Part shown: positions 49,895 through 63,155 of the stretch, piece by piece
How the letters are laid out: each line of letters begins with the position of its first letter
Position numbering within the stretch: position 1 is the first letter of the stretch
Assembly: GCA_022813965.1 (NCBI GenBank)
Contig: JALDZS010000079.1
Location: forward strand, 1-64,000
Source: Toensbergia leucococca
Taxonomy: Eukaryota
Direction of reading: 5' to 3'
DNA length: 64,000 nucleotides
The notes under the pieces: generated by a model
The model's input: the letters and a program-made list of their open reading frames with translations, nothing else
What the model was told of the DNA's origin: nothing
Databases searched by the model: none
Translations under genes and position numbers: made by a program

Positions 49895-50705
49895 GAGCCT
49901 TGCCAGGAGTGTAGGTCGATGCTGAGACCACACACTTTGTGCGCTGCCAATCGAGCAAGACTGTATGTTTTCCTGACGCAAGTTTTCCCGACCCAAAAAT
50001 GTCACTTTTCGTGCCCGGAGAACACAGAAACTACTACTTAAACAGCCCTCCTCCCTCGATCTTTAAATTTCTTCCTTAGCTCTCTTTGCCTTTTGGCTTA
50101 GATCAAGTGTAGTATCTGTTCTTTTCAGTTTAATCTCTGAAATTCTTCTACGGAAGAAATCAATGATTAAATTTATTTTTGTATTTGGTGAGGAAGTCTC
50201 TGTGCTTGCACATGCTTTCTCACATCGTGTCACAGGCCTTACACTGTCGCCAGTTGATGCAAACCTCTTTCATCAATCTTCTCAGCTTGTCTGAAATATT
50301 GAAGAAGAAAAAGATGATGGGCAGCTACTACGCATTTCATACCACCGGTAATTGTCTATCATGGCAAACTCTTTGTGTTTCTAGACTAGGTAAACGTGTC
50401 CGCGTAGTGACCTTGATGTTTTGTTAGTGAAGCAGCCCAATCAAGTGGTACTACATCAGGTCACTATTTGTTGATGAGTTACCTTTACATCTGAATTTCT
50501 GACTATCAGCATCACCGTTTGTGGGCTTGTTCCTCAACAAATTGTATTAGGATTGGGTGTTGAATTCAAATCCTGTGAGTACTTTAGAGGGCAGAACTCG
50601 GCGAAACGCTGCCATGCCATGTAATGATTCCTCCGTAATGAATAACTTGTCTGAAGCATTTCCCAGAGACACGCTCGAGTACATGAGACTGTGCTCACAC
50701 CGCCT

Positions 50706-52214
50706 TTACCCCGGCGCCGTCCCTAGCGTTTGCTTCCAATACCGGCTCTTCACAAACGGCATTTTGACCACGACCGCCTTCCTTGCTTTCCCTCGTACCA
50801 AGACTTCAAGTTCTGTTCCCGACTTATGGAACCCATCCTTCACGTAGCTCATTGCAATGTTCTTCCCAATTGTTGGACTTGGACACCCGCTGGTCACATT
50901 TCCTATAATTGCATTTTCCTCTCCCACAGCCGCAGGATCCATAATCTCCGCTCCCTCACGTGCCGGTGCCCCGTCGACGATCAAGCCGACACGCCGCCGT
51001 GGAACACCAGTTCCGCCCTCTTTGACCGGGCGCAGTTGACCCAATACTTTTTCATCGCCGTGAAAACCGCCACTCACCCGCCGATCTTTGTGGATTATCC
51101 AGCTCAGCCCTGCTTCAACCGGCGTGGTGCTGTCGTCGAGGTCATGACCATAGAGACACATACCCGCTTCCAGACGAAGACTATCTCTAGCCCCCAAGCC
51201 AGCTAAACGGAGACGATCAGACCCTGCAGTCTGTAATAATTGCTCCGCCACCTGAACCACGAATCGTGGCGATACTGAGATTTCGAACCCATCTTCCCCT
51301 GTATAACCACCCCTGCTGACCAATATTGAGGCCGAAGCTTCGCCGGAAGCTAGACGAACGGAGGCTTCTTTGCATTGTCCGAAATATAAGCTCCGAAGGC
51401 CCGTTTTTTTGGGATCAACTAGTGAATCCTCGAGTACGCTCGCACTTAGTGGCCCTTGTAGAGCAATCAGACCCCATCCATCCAGCACTTGCCAGTCTAT
51501 TGATCCATTTCCTTTGCAAGATTGAATTTCCGTGGATAGATATGCCAGGTCTTTCTCGCGACAAGCGGCGTTGGTGACGAAGTAAAATGTCTCGGGGCCG
51601 AGGCGTGTAATGACAGTGTCGTCGACTATACCACCCGTCACTGGATGTAGGAAGCAGGAGAGCGTTGAGTGATACATTTCGAGGGACGCTATTGACGTGG
51701 GAGTCACTCTCTCAAGCAAATATGAAGCGCCAGGGCCGGACAAGCGGTGTTGAACCCTAAAGTACAAATAATATTAATTTTCATGCTCCTTTCTTGAGTC
51801 TTGAGGATATAGAATTTGAGAGGTATACATGTGTCCAACGTCGAACAGACTGGCTTTCTCCCGAGTCCATTTATGGCTCTCTCCAACACTCAAGTCGGAG
51901 TATTGAACAGGCATGGAATACCCGGCGAAAGGGACCATCTTTGCGCCATGAGCGATGTGGAGGTTATGGAGAGCCGTGCGCTTGAGAGGATCGATAGCCG
52001 GTACTGAGGCATACCTGAGCTGATATTTCGCGCTTGCTGTGGTATGTCGGAAGGGAGCATCGTGATGGTGAGGATTCGGAACTTGTGGCCATCTTGAGAT
52101 CAAAGAGCTGATTCTAGAGTAATTAGGGATAGTTGATGATTCGTGGCGTTTCAGTGACACATTCTGGGGCTTGTTTGTTCTAATTGTTGTTGCAAAAGCT
52201 CGTAATGCCTTCAT
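50706..52214 (-). CDS. GCV1: Glycine cleavage system T protein (aminomethyltransferase), spliced
   Basis: [78 protein letters not shown]. Confidence 0.96.
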
Positions 52215-52542
52215 TGCAAAAAAGTGGAAATCGGTCTGTCGTGAACGCTACGAGTACATTTATATATGTTCGAGAGTGCCTACACGCAAACCCTTCACAA
52301 AGGTCCATGCAAAGTGCATACCTTTGCGCGTCTGAACTACCTAATTGGCTCGACAAACCAGGTACCAAGATGCATATACGGATGCCGGGGTCACACAAAT
52401 GGACGGATTGCACAATCACACTATTTATAGTTTATGTACCTAAGAAGATCTCTGTATAATCATAAGTCCGGTTGTGGCAATATCCAATCCGACTGTTTAT
52501 CGGAAAAGTCCAATCCTCAGCAAGACCAAGCGCACATTTCCC

Positions 52543-54229
52543 CTACAGACCATTGTTGAGGCAGCTGAATACACCATTTACAGTTCCAGCTTGGTAGCTC
52601 CCGATTATGCCCTCGACTGAAGCCTAATACTAGATTTAGCAGTATTTTGAGCATTACAAGGGTGCAATAAGACTTACATAGGTTCCAACACCAAGCATGA
52701 AAACGCCAATCATGATGATAATTACGTTGAAGGCGAATCCCGCAAGGCCCCGAATCCCTCTGCGATGTATCCAGCCTGGTCCAAAATCTGCCTCTCGCAT
52801 TCTCATGTAGGCAACGCCCCAGAAGATGAAGCCGAAGAACGAGTCGAACAGTGAGCTCATCAAGGATAGTAAATCTGAGAAGAAAGGGATGACTTCGGCG
52901 ATGATGAATGCCATAACCCAAGTGCATGCCAAGATACCAGCCCATGATGCCCAGCCGACAACAGTATGACTCCCTTTGTGGCGGGTTCCCTCGAATATAC
53001 GGAAAAAAACAAAACGGGCGGACACTGATGCGTAAAGAACGCCCAGGAAGATCAATGTCGGAATCATGAACGAGAACGATACTTTCTTGTATAGTTCATT
53101 GCCCAAAGAGCCGAAAGCCGGCGAAGTGTTATAATTCGTTCCCGTGTATGCGTAGACGACAGCACCAACCAAGCTGAAAAGGATGACTTCAGCGATAGTG
53201 ATAGCCCAGAGAGCTTTGGGAAAGTCGGCAGGGTTTTTCATCTCTGCAATAAAACTGGGTATCGTAATTTGGCCAATGAAAGTATAACTGATGTTCAAGA
53301 AAGCGTTCATGCCCGAAACGAATGTAGTCCCTGCAGCTGGAATGACTAGCACCACTGGCGGACCACCATGATCATCCGTTATGGGAATGATGGAATTCGG
53401 GTCCGGATTGTAATCAGTAGGATGGGCCTCGATACCTGCAAAGATAGCCGCCAGGAGAACAGAGATAAAGGTGAAAAATGCCGATAAGGTTGCCAATTTC
53501 GAAAGAGTATCGAATGTCCTTGGTAATGAACAAAGGAATGAAATACACGCCATGATGGCGGAGAAACCAACAGTACAGACGGCATGGTCTGTCATAGTAT
53601 TGAGATACTTGGCACCTGTCAAGACATGAAGACCCTAAATATATCAGTGGGATGGTCATCGAAAAATGGATACCGCACTTACTTGAATGAATGTATTGTT
53701 CAACAAGAACATGATTGCGGTCACATACCATACCCACCTCCAGTTGTAGAAGAGCATCTGGCCAACATCGCATACGTCTCGAACCTCAGGATGACGAAGG
53801 CAGAATTCCCTGGCAAGTTGTCAGAATCTGATTCCTAGAAAGGATGGATCAAGCTACGTACCAGACGATTAATGAGGTATACAGAACTAGGCCGGCGACG
53901 ACCACGGTCAAAATGAGCCCTGGAACCAAGCCTAGAACCGAATATGAATACGGAAAGGACATGATTGCTAGGCAGATGTATTCCGCAAACAGTAGCGCTG
54001 CAGTCTTTGGCCAGGAACAGGTCCGGTACTTGATCGAGTTCTCTGACTCGAGCTCCACCTGTTTGCCCACACTTTTCTGGGAATCCACATCAGAATCGCG
54101 CCCCAGAACGCCGATCCTGCTCATTTTGCGTCCTTGAGACCCGGCTTTCTCTGCGTCGTAGCCATTGACGCCAGTTTGTATTGGAGGATCGTGCGCGTCA
54201 GCAGCGCCGGATGTCGTTCCTAACGCCAT
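52543..54229 (-). CDS. Amino acid transporter (Aa_trans / Mtr-like neutral amino acid permease), spliced
   Basis: IKYRTCSWPKTAALLFAEYICLAIMSFP, SLPRTF, PSFIAEMKNPADFPKAL, IAEVIPFFSDLLS. About 11 hydrophobic segments. Confidence 0.92.
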
Positions 54230-55474
54230 TTGATGCTCCGGATGGATTGAATTAATGGCGTAAAGAAGAAGGGAATTCGTCCGTTGAAGACCTGCAGCAT
54301 TAACCACTACTATTACTGGAGAATCTGGAAAATTCCCAGAGCACTGGTCCGAGGAATTGTCGCTCGAACAAGGACTGTCGTCTGGAAGACGGTGCAGGTG
54401 CGAATTTGACAAGAGATTGTTGAACAGGCTTCACTGGTAGTTTTATGGTAAGTTTGAATGGACACAGCCCGAGGAAATTGGGACTTATAAATCATAAGGC
54501 AGATAACGCAAGATGGGTAGCGGGGTCGAGCCGTACGCCACGCTCGTGTTCTATTCGATGGCATCATGCATACCTTAGGTACCTATGGAGTAGTGTGATG
54601 GACTAAGGTATGAGTCTAGGTAGTTGATCCATGAGCCAATCTGAAGCGGGCCAAGTTCCAAGCGACTTGGTTTCGGTATCCGAACAGAGAAATCATGTTC
54701 AAAAGTATCATGAAACTTCTTACTCAATATTTGGAGTTTTTCGAAAGCCAATTTCTGACGCGCAACTCAAAAGATACTTGTTATCATGTTCTTTCCTATC
54801 TAATGTACTGCCTAAGGTATGTTAGATCTCACTGCGTATCACCAGACATGTGCATCCCTACCTTCCTGACCACTACTCGTACTAGCTTGACCCATATAGA
54901 GGTAACGAGGCTCCTAGTACCGTGGGAAATCTACAACGTCGATCGTTTGAGAACTCCTGCATATGATTCAAGCCGTGTTTATGCAAAAACAGTAGAGTAA
55001 CCCAGCAGTATTCCATATTCCAGAATAACTTGCCTTGCTTTCCACTGTTTCAACAGTTACATCACGGGCATTAGCTTCCCCCGTCATTTCAAAGCACCAT
55101 CCCACCAGCGACAGCGGTGTAGTCCATTGCTACGAATCAGCTATTCTAGCTTTTGCCTGCTTTCCGCTGCTGTGTTCATATTCCTGGCGGCTCATTTTCA
55201 TCACTTACCTTTATTCCATCAAGGGTCTAGAGTAGGATAGCAACAGCATCTAGAGTTATGACCTATGTGACTACTTTACACATCATGTAAGTACATTCAC
55301 ATGTTCTTGATATATTGGTGTTTATAGTTCACCAAATAGTCTCACTAGGAAGATTGAAATATTCTCGACATCTTTGCAACGCGTAGTACAGTACTTCTGG
55401 TGAGTTACTAATCGTCCAACTATAGAAATTATACATCCTAATCAACGCATTCTCTAGACCGCTGAATGTGTGCG

Positions 55475-57355
55475 CTAGTAACTCTTGGCTCCCATGTGCC
55501 TTGTGGGAATCAATAGAATGGCAACCGTGGAGACAAACACGCCGGATCCTGCGAGGTAGAGCGGTCCGTTCAAGCTTAATGAGAGTAAGTGCGCGGCAAT
55601 CAATGGAGAGACAATGCTGAAGAGCCGGCCCCAGAAACTTGCGAGTCCGCAGGCGGTCCCTCTTATCGGTGCAGGGTAAGCTTCTGGCGTCCACCCATAT
55701 AGTACAGCATTGAACATGCTTTGGAAGAAATATTCCATGCCATTCAAACCGATGTTCGACGCTTCAGTATTGACCGCCGCGAACAGAAAGAGCGAAGTAG
55801 CCATAAGTGCTGACGAAGCAATCATAGCCCATTTACGGCCGATGAATGGTACTGCATACATGAGAGATCCGACGAGAACACCAGGAATACCACAACTGTA
55901 GATAATGATATAGTCCCTGTAGGTTTCTTTTAGAGATATGGAGATTGCTCTATTCTTTTGAAGCAAAATATTAGGCAGGAATGAACCTAGGGGGTTTAGT
56001 TTTTGATCGAACCATATGACTTGCATGACTGGTATGACTCACCGGCAATACTAAAGCCCCAGTAATCGAATATGTACGTGATCCATACCAAAATGGTCAA
56101 GCGGGTGACGCTACTCTCAGCGAAAAGAAGTTTGTACCTCGAAAATTCCACTTTCATCTTATCGCCAAAGGAGCTCTTAGCTTGTGCATCGCCTCCGCCC
56201 AGCATGGGCTTGACCGTCTCCCGGCTAGCACCAGAGGTGTCCTCGTCATTAAGAGCAGCAAAAGCTTCCAGGGTAATTGTACACTCACGATTGTTGAATT
56301 TCGCGATATGCTGGAGCACCCGCACTGCTTTCTCGTCATGGCCCCGGTAAATCAGAAACTTGGGAGATTCTTGGAATCGAAAGACGACGAAGCGTAAAAA
56401 GAACACAGTGAGGCAAATGCCACCCAAAGTGTAGAGAAGGTAACGCCATCCCATATTACTCGCCTTTGTACAGCAAGGTTGCCCAGACGCGACACTGTTG
56501 CAGGCTGGAAGAGGCTTGCCATCCGCGCCATCACCGCAAGAGTACTGTGGAATGAAGCCGTACGCCAGGCCTGAGCAGATGACTACGCCGATCGGTTGGA
56601 ATATTGAGAGCATGGCAAGAAGAAAACGACGATTCTGTAACGTCTGAGACTCTAATGGGAAAATTGACAATGGACTCGGCATACCTGAGGCAGGAATTCA
56701 AGACAAATTGTAGTATCAATGGGGATGTTGCCACCAATCCCAAATCCAACGAATGCTGTCAAGACAAGAATCCCGTCATAATTTGAAGGAGCTCCAAGGC
56801 AGAGGCCGAAGATGGCGGCAATCAACACGGTCAGGTTGAAAGCATACTGGCGGCCTAGGACCAGGGGTCAAATGCTAATCGCAGGGGATGGATGCGATCA
56901 GGCGAGCCAGAGTACCAACCAATAATATCTACCAAGACACCCCATACAAAGGCCTATTTAGATCCTTCATCAGCCTAGGGCTTCAAAAAGCATCATGCAA
57001 GAGTATCCATACCCCAGCTGTTAATCCTGCCGAAAAAGACGAAAAGAGATTTCCGAGTGCGGGTGCTGTGCAAGCGTGAGCTCCAGTGCTCTTAGTGAAT
57101 ATGAAGAGAGGTAGTACTTGAAAAGCCCAGTTCTTGCATCATTGGAGTCGCCACGAGTCCAAACGCTTGAGCGTATAGCAAGTCAATCAAATAGCCAAAG
57201 CCACATAGAAAGAAAATGTACCATTGGTACTTTCCCATGCCATGGGCGTCGAGCTCGCGGTTGACTAGGAGAGCTTTCTGTTCGTATAGCGTAAGTGTCT
57301 CCATCTCGGGATCGTTGAGGACTCGGAGTCGATGGGCAGAATAGGACTCCTCCAT
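55475..57355 (-). CDS. MFS transporter (SV2/SVOP-like sugar-porter-related), spliced
   Basis: GMGKYQWYIFFLCGFGY, DIIGRQYAFNLT, GGNIPID, GWRYLLYTLG, ESPKFL, LYGWTPEAYPAPIRGTACG. Confidence 0.9.
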
Positions 57356-58009
57356 AATATCTTGCTCACGGCTTGCCTGTGAACAATTGATTGCTGAGGA
57401 ACGTTACGTTAGCCCGGGGGGGGGAGGGGGGGGAGATAATGGAGCGGCCGTAGTGGGGGGTCTTCAAGGTACGTACTTGATTGACCTCATGACGAACGGA
57501 ATTGCAGATCTAAGGTACCCTAGTGGCGATAAGATGGAGTAAATCAACTTACGATTCTGCAGCCACCGTTACACGGTTCGTTGATGTATGACACAATACC
57601 TAATGTACGGAGTAGCAAATACCAATTTTCTTCTTTCTATCATGAATGCCAATTCCGTCAGCTTCACTCTTCATTACTTTGATGGAAACAACATGGCACT
57701 GATGTCGTCGCATGAGAGTGTGCAGAAGAATATTCTATCTCCAGCAGCACAGCTCGTGAAGCATGAGTATTCGCTATTCTACGTCCAGTGCAATCACAGT
57801 CAGGGTACAGCAGCCGTTGTTACATACCTAAATAAGGTAGGTAGGTTAGTACCTAGGTACTTCCCCACTTGCCCGTACCACCTCATTAAGGTATGGTGTA
57901 TCTTCGAAGTTCCGAAGAAGAAAAGCCTGTGCTTGAACAAGGTTACAAGGCGTGCCACCCCGGCGCTATTCTAGGGATCCTTAGCATGGGGCAATTTTTA
58001 TTTTGTTTA

Positions 58010-58724
58010 GGGTTATAATAACCCTACACCCCATTTCGATAACCCGATACCCCATCTCGATAACCCGACACCCACCCCCCTACAATTACCCGATTAGGCA
58101 TTAGTTCGCCCCGGGCGCAATGTAGCATAGGGAATCATCATGATTTCGCACCACATTTTACCTCAATTCTCTACCACTTTGCAAGTCAATTACCTGTTCC
58201 AATTGCGTGCCATCTAGAAACCAAATTACCTAGGAGAAAACCAATGCTTTTGTACCACATCCTGACTCGATTCCCCTCACACCCGGGCGCATGATCACCC
58301 CCCGGGCGCAAAAACATCGCAATTTTGCGATCTGCATTCTGAATGCTGTAAACAGCCCCCCATCCACCTGAAATACATGATCCTCCACCTCATCAGCCCC
58401 CATACCTCGCCCCCGCCCCCGCCCCTACCAAGACATGATGATGGAGGCGAAATGAGGTAGGAATTCGGGGCGAAATCAGGTGCGAAACCACGATAATATC
58501 CTAGGTAATTTGGCTTCTAGATGGCACGCAATTGGAACAGGTAATTGACTTGCAAAGTGGTAGAGAATTGAGGTAAAATGTGGTGCGAAATCATGATGAT
58601 TCCCTATGCTACATTGCGCCCGGGGCGAACTAATGCCTAATCGGGTAATTGTAGGGGGGTGGGTGTCGGGTTATCGAGATGGGGTATCGGGTTATCGAAA
58701 TGGGGTGTAGGGATATTATAACCC
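58010..58724. mobile_element. Non-autonomous MITE with 226-bp TIRs and 8-bp TSD (Mutator-like, inferred)
   Basis: TIR 58010-58235 is the reverse complement of 58499-58724, with about 2 mismatches seen. Ends are GGGTTATAATA...TATTATAACCC. TSD TTTGTTTA at 58002-58009 and 58725-58732. Confidence 0.93.
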
Positions 58725-58909
58725 TTTGTTTATTATTTTATTATTTTAGGTGATTGAGCACAAGGAAACCCTGCATTGCTGCTGACTCAAAATCCTTGAC
58801 AGCGTGATTCATTACAGACCTTTAGCCTGATGAGAATTACCTTGCTCATGATCTTTTTACCGCTCAATCTATGGCTGTTGGCGCAACAATAGCGAGTTTT
58901 GAAAGCTGG

Positions 58910-59170
58910 TCAATGGGCTTTCTGAAGTCATGTACGAGTACGAGTAGAATGTGTAGATCTATCACGTGGATAGACTTAGTTTTTGGGGTGATTGCTGGCC
59001 ATGAAACGCATGGGCTTCCGAAGTCATGTTTGCAGATCCATCTATTCTACGTGTAGGTAGACCTGATCTTTGAAGTGGAGGCTGACCATTGTACAATGGG
59101 CTTTCGAAGTCGTATTTGTAAGCCTATCTACGCGAAGATAGACCTGGTCTTTGTTGTGGAGATCTCTAGG
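58910..59170. repeat. Degenerate ~80-95 bp tandem repeat, about 3 units
   Basis: ATGGGCTT..GAAGTC recurs at ~58913, ~59010 and ~59096. TAGAC(C/T)T.(G/A)T recurs at ~58971, ~59058 and ~59139. Confidence 0.55.
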
Positions 59171-59476
59171 CTCTGCTGGATACCTACTACAAGCAGTAAC
59201 AACAGGTTCGTACCCGGCAGCACGTACAGCCGGATCTCATCGCCGGCCAGGATGGGGCAGTCCTCAGTCCTCAGTCCTATTCGTATGAGTCCCGGCTCCC
59301 TCGGGTACTCGTAGAATATATAAGTTGCATGTAACTCGTGCGACTTTTCAGTCTCTATGAATTCAAGGGGATTATGTGTTTGGATTTAATTGCATCTTTG
59401 TATTTCCTTGATCATTTAGCTAGACACAGAAAGCTCGCATCGAGGCCAAATGGCTCAATTGCAATTACAGACCTGC

Positions 59477-60350
59477 TTACTCCGCTTCCATATGGCCCCT
59501 CTCAGATACGTAAAGACCATCCAGAAACTGTCATGTCACTTCTATTAGACGCTACGGGAACGTTTCCATGTAAGATTTCCAAGCATACCTTGCGAATATC
59601 CTTATTCCTGACTCTGCAAATTTGCTGGATGTCGGCAGCGCTTTGCGAAACATTTTCCAGTGAGTTACCAGTCAACTGCAACTCATCCTTCTGGTTCTTA
59701 GATGCCTCTACATCAACGCCTTCGTGCATCGTGACTTTCCGGACAATTTTCTCGCCAAGGAAGTTACTACATCCTTATCAGTCCCTTCTCGCTTTAAATG
59801 CATCTCGAGTTCGCGGGACACCGCATCTCAGAACATACCGAATATCAACTTCGAAAAGGCCGGTCTCGGGGTTTTTCTCTAGGTTGACGTTGATGGGGAA
59901 ATGGGCGTAGACATAGCGCATCTTATATTTGAAGCCTTTCGTAACGCCGATGATCAGATTATTGATGATGGTCTTCACTGTCCTGAGTGTGGCGACGTTC
60001 TTGCGGGCGCCATGGTGTAGCTCAATATTGATGATGTTTTTGGATGGGTGGGAGAAGCAGACGGAGAGATGTGCCATGTTCTTGACCAATTTGCCTGATT
60101 GGAATTAGATGTCCAAGCCCGCAGAGAGGCTACCTAGCACAACGCACCTCGAGGACCCTCTACAGTAACTATCCGGGACTTGATAAAAACCTTGACTGCT
60201 TAACTGTTAGCTGGTGTATTCTGACGCGCATTACTTGTGTCGGGCTCAGCCAATTCATCGGTGATCTTGTAGGTATCTTCTAGGAATCGCCAGGTATGAC
60301 TCACCGTTATCAGGGATAGTCAGCGACTCTTGAGAGTGGATGTACCTCAT
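59477..60350 (-). CDS. RPL9: 60S ribosomal protein L9 (uL6), spliced
   Basis: [75 protein letters not shown]. Confidence 0.97.
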
Positions 60351-61495
60351 CTTGACCGTTGATGAGGTTTGCAAATGAGTTGAGTCGAAGTTGAGTTCAA
60401 AATTGTGTGCGTGGGCGCTTAACCGAGATTGAGCTATTCCAGTTCTACCGGGAGCTCGGCTACCTAATCACACGTCTGAAACATTTAGCAATGATCTTAC
60501 GATTGTCTTTCTTCTTAAGTGCTACGAGTACATTCTACTCACCAAGTCTGCATTTTATGCCGTATCTTTTATGTTTGTAGGATACCAATCCTAGTTTCTA
60601 GCACTTGATTACACGAATAGATGCAGGCTCCAAGCGTGCGAAGAGGCTGCTTCAATCATAATGGCTTCAATTACTATTCTCTGCGAATTATCTCATCTGC
60701 CCTCAACGCCTACCTAGTTGATCAGGTATCTACGCCTCTCTCACCGGACTAACAAAAGACCAAAGAGGAAGTATATTACCAATGATGAGCACCCGATAGA
60801 GCAGCCAAGATAATCACAGCCAGGAGAATTGATCATTGCGCGCCTTCGGCCGTCTTGAAGACGGATGTTTCACCTGAGCGAGATCAATTGTTGCAGGAGA
60901 ACGATCACACAGCACAGATACCTTATTTCCTTCATTCAGTCAAATCTCTTCGGCGTTGCTGCATAATTTCAAGACCCCTATGAGGACAGATGTTCTCCCC
61001 CACATTGGGTATCGGTGGGAAGCTCCGATGCCTTTCGGTATGAAGCAAAATACCATCAGCGCTCGTTTCATCACCTTCGTCGACCTCACTAGACAGCCGA
61101 ACTAAAATTGTTGTTCTTCGGAGACAGTGAGGATACTCGAGCTGCTACTGGGGAAAGATTCCTGGTGTTTGGAGGCCGCAATCAACTTATATGATGTTAC
61201 ATCAAAAGCTTATTGCAAAGAAGACTAAGCTAGCTTTGAAACAGCAGAGAAAATGTCTATGAGCCGAATGAGATCAACGGTGACCCGAGCCATGCAAATT
61301 TACTCCAAGTAACAAAGATAGATCCCTATGTGCTCTGATAATGAAACTTTATACAAATAGACTTAGCTGGGTGTCCACGACAATGCTGGCGAGACTCCGA
61401 CTTGCATTGTAACCTATCCAACCGGTCGCTCCAGACGCCTTGACGCATACTCGAAAATCTTACACCTTTCCCCAGCCCAGTGGCAAACGCCGACC

Positions 61496-62419
61496 TCAAG
61501 AATGTCCTCCAGATACCTGCTCTACCCTCAACTTCATCTCCATTATCCTCTTTCCTCCCATTTTCTTGATCTTATCAATCAATTCCCCGCTCGTATCTAG
61601 CGCCTCGATATCGTCTCCACCTCCTATGCTCCTACCATTGATAAGCACATTCGGAACGGTTCGGCGGCTCGTAGTCTTCTCGAGCGCCCCCTGCAGCTCT
61701 TGACCTAGAGGGTGCTCATCCAATTCTAACACGAAAGGAGCAGGTACGATATTGTACTTGTCCATAAGAATCGCCTTTGCCTTTCTTGAGTAGGGGCAAT
61801 ATGATTTTGAGAATATGATGACTTGGAGAGCGAGAGATACTTTAGCTTTCTATACACAGTCAGGTACTCTGAAGCAGCCAACTTACTTGGACCTCTCTTC
61901 AAGATTCCATTCAATTCTAACTCGACATCATGGTCTTTCTCAGTCTCTACCTGTTCTTTCTTCTCATCTTCCTTGTCCACCACCATGGCTGCCTCTTTAC
62001 CCGTAGCCATATCCCATTTTTCCCCGCCCTTCATCTTCTTCCTTCCCGCAACGCTTTTCTCCCCGTTCGCAGCGGTGGGTGCATCGGCCACCAACGGAAT
62101 CTCGGGTCTTACAGGGATTTGCACTTTTACAGCTTCCTTTGCAGCATTGCCAGCCTCTTTCAGTTTTTGACTTATCTCTTGGTCGGATGCCTTAGCGGCA
62201 GCCTCGGCATCCATGGCTTTGATTGTGCGATGATAGAAATCTTGGGAGTGTGAGCGACGGGCATCATTCTGGGGTAACAAGAGAATTAGCACTGTAAATT
62301 AGGTACTCCAGCCTAAAGGCTTAACTAAGAGGGCGAGTACAAACGTTGAAGTAGAGAATTGTGAGAATAATACAGGCAACTGAGAAGCCCAGAATCCTCA
62401 CCCGTCGCGAGGAAGGCAT
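61496..62419 (-). CDS. Membrane-anchored monothiol glutaredoxin (Grx6/7-like), spliced
   Basis: N-terminal MPSSRRVRILG followed by a hydrophobic anchor. IIFSKSYCPYS active site, RRTVPNVLING, SIGGGDDI. Confidence 0.9.
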
Positions 62420-63155
62420 GGCGCACCCCGGGGGTCACGAAAACCGTTCCTGCGCTAGATTCTCAGGCGTATGGTGAAGCTATATCATATAGCTCTAGAT
62501 AGGGTATTGTAACAGAGACAGAATCGCTTTGGTTGAGGAACCTGACCCCTTTCAACGCCGGAGACTTAGAAGGATTGTAACCGAGAACATATACAAGCAT
62601 ATGACGGGTGAAAAGAATGCTCAAATAAAAGAAGTAAAGGTCGGCACAAGAACAGGGAGGAATATTGTTACCAATTACCAGTTTCCACTGGAAAATCCAA
62701 CTGCCTTACCAAAAGTACCGCTAAGTGCCAGCCAACATAGGTGGTGTAGGCGACTCTGCCAACATCCAAAAAGCTTATTTCCCCAGATCCATTCGTGACT
62801 CCCTCTCCCCTGTTCCTTGTCCCGCAGTCGTACTCTACTAGGTATCAGCTAACTTACCGAGCTTACGTACGGAGTAGGTAGTGAAATTTCCAAGGGTGGG
62901 AAGCTGAAATTGGATTTAAGTATCATTTGATGCTTTACATTAGATACATTAAAAGCCATATTCAATTGACACCCCTTCTTGAAGACATGCAAACAGGCCT
63001 CAACTTAGACGCCGCAATTCTGCTTTATCCCTGGTAAAAGGGTGCCATACATGGCTGGTATCATGGAGCGCCCACCAAAATTCGAGAAAATGTCAAGCAC
63101 CTTCACTTTGTGCCTGAAACCCAAAACGCCTGTCTCCAACACCCGTGATTCTTAC

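Noticed and set aside
24306..54229. Amino-acid catabolism 'cluster' (hmgA, BCAT, GcvT, permease, SCS-like)
   Set aside because: The genes belong to different pathways and are interleaved with unrelated housekeeping genes. No fahA, maiA or hppD is seen near hmgA.
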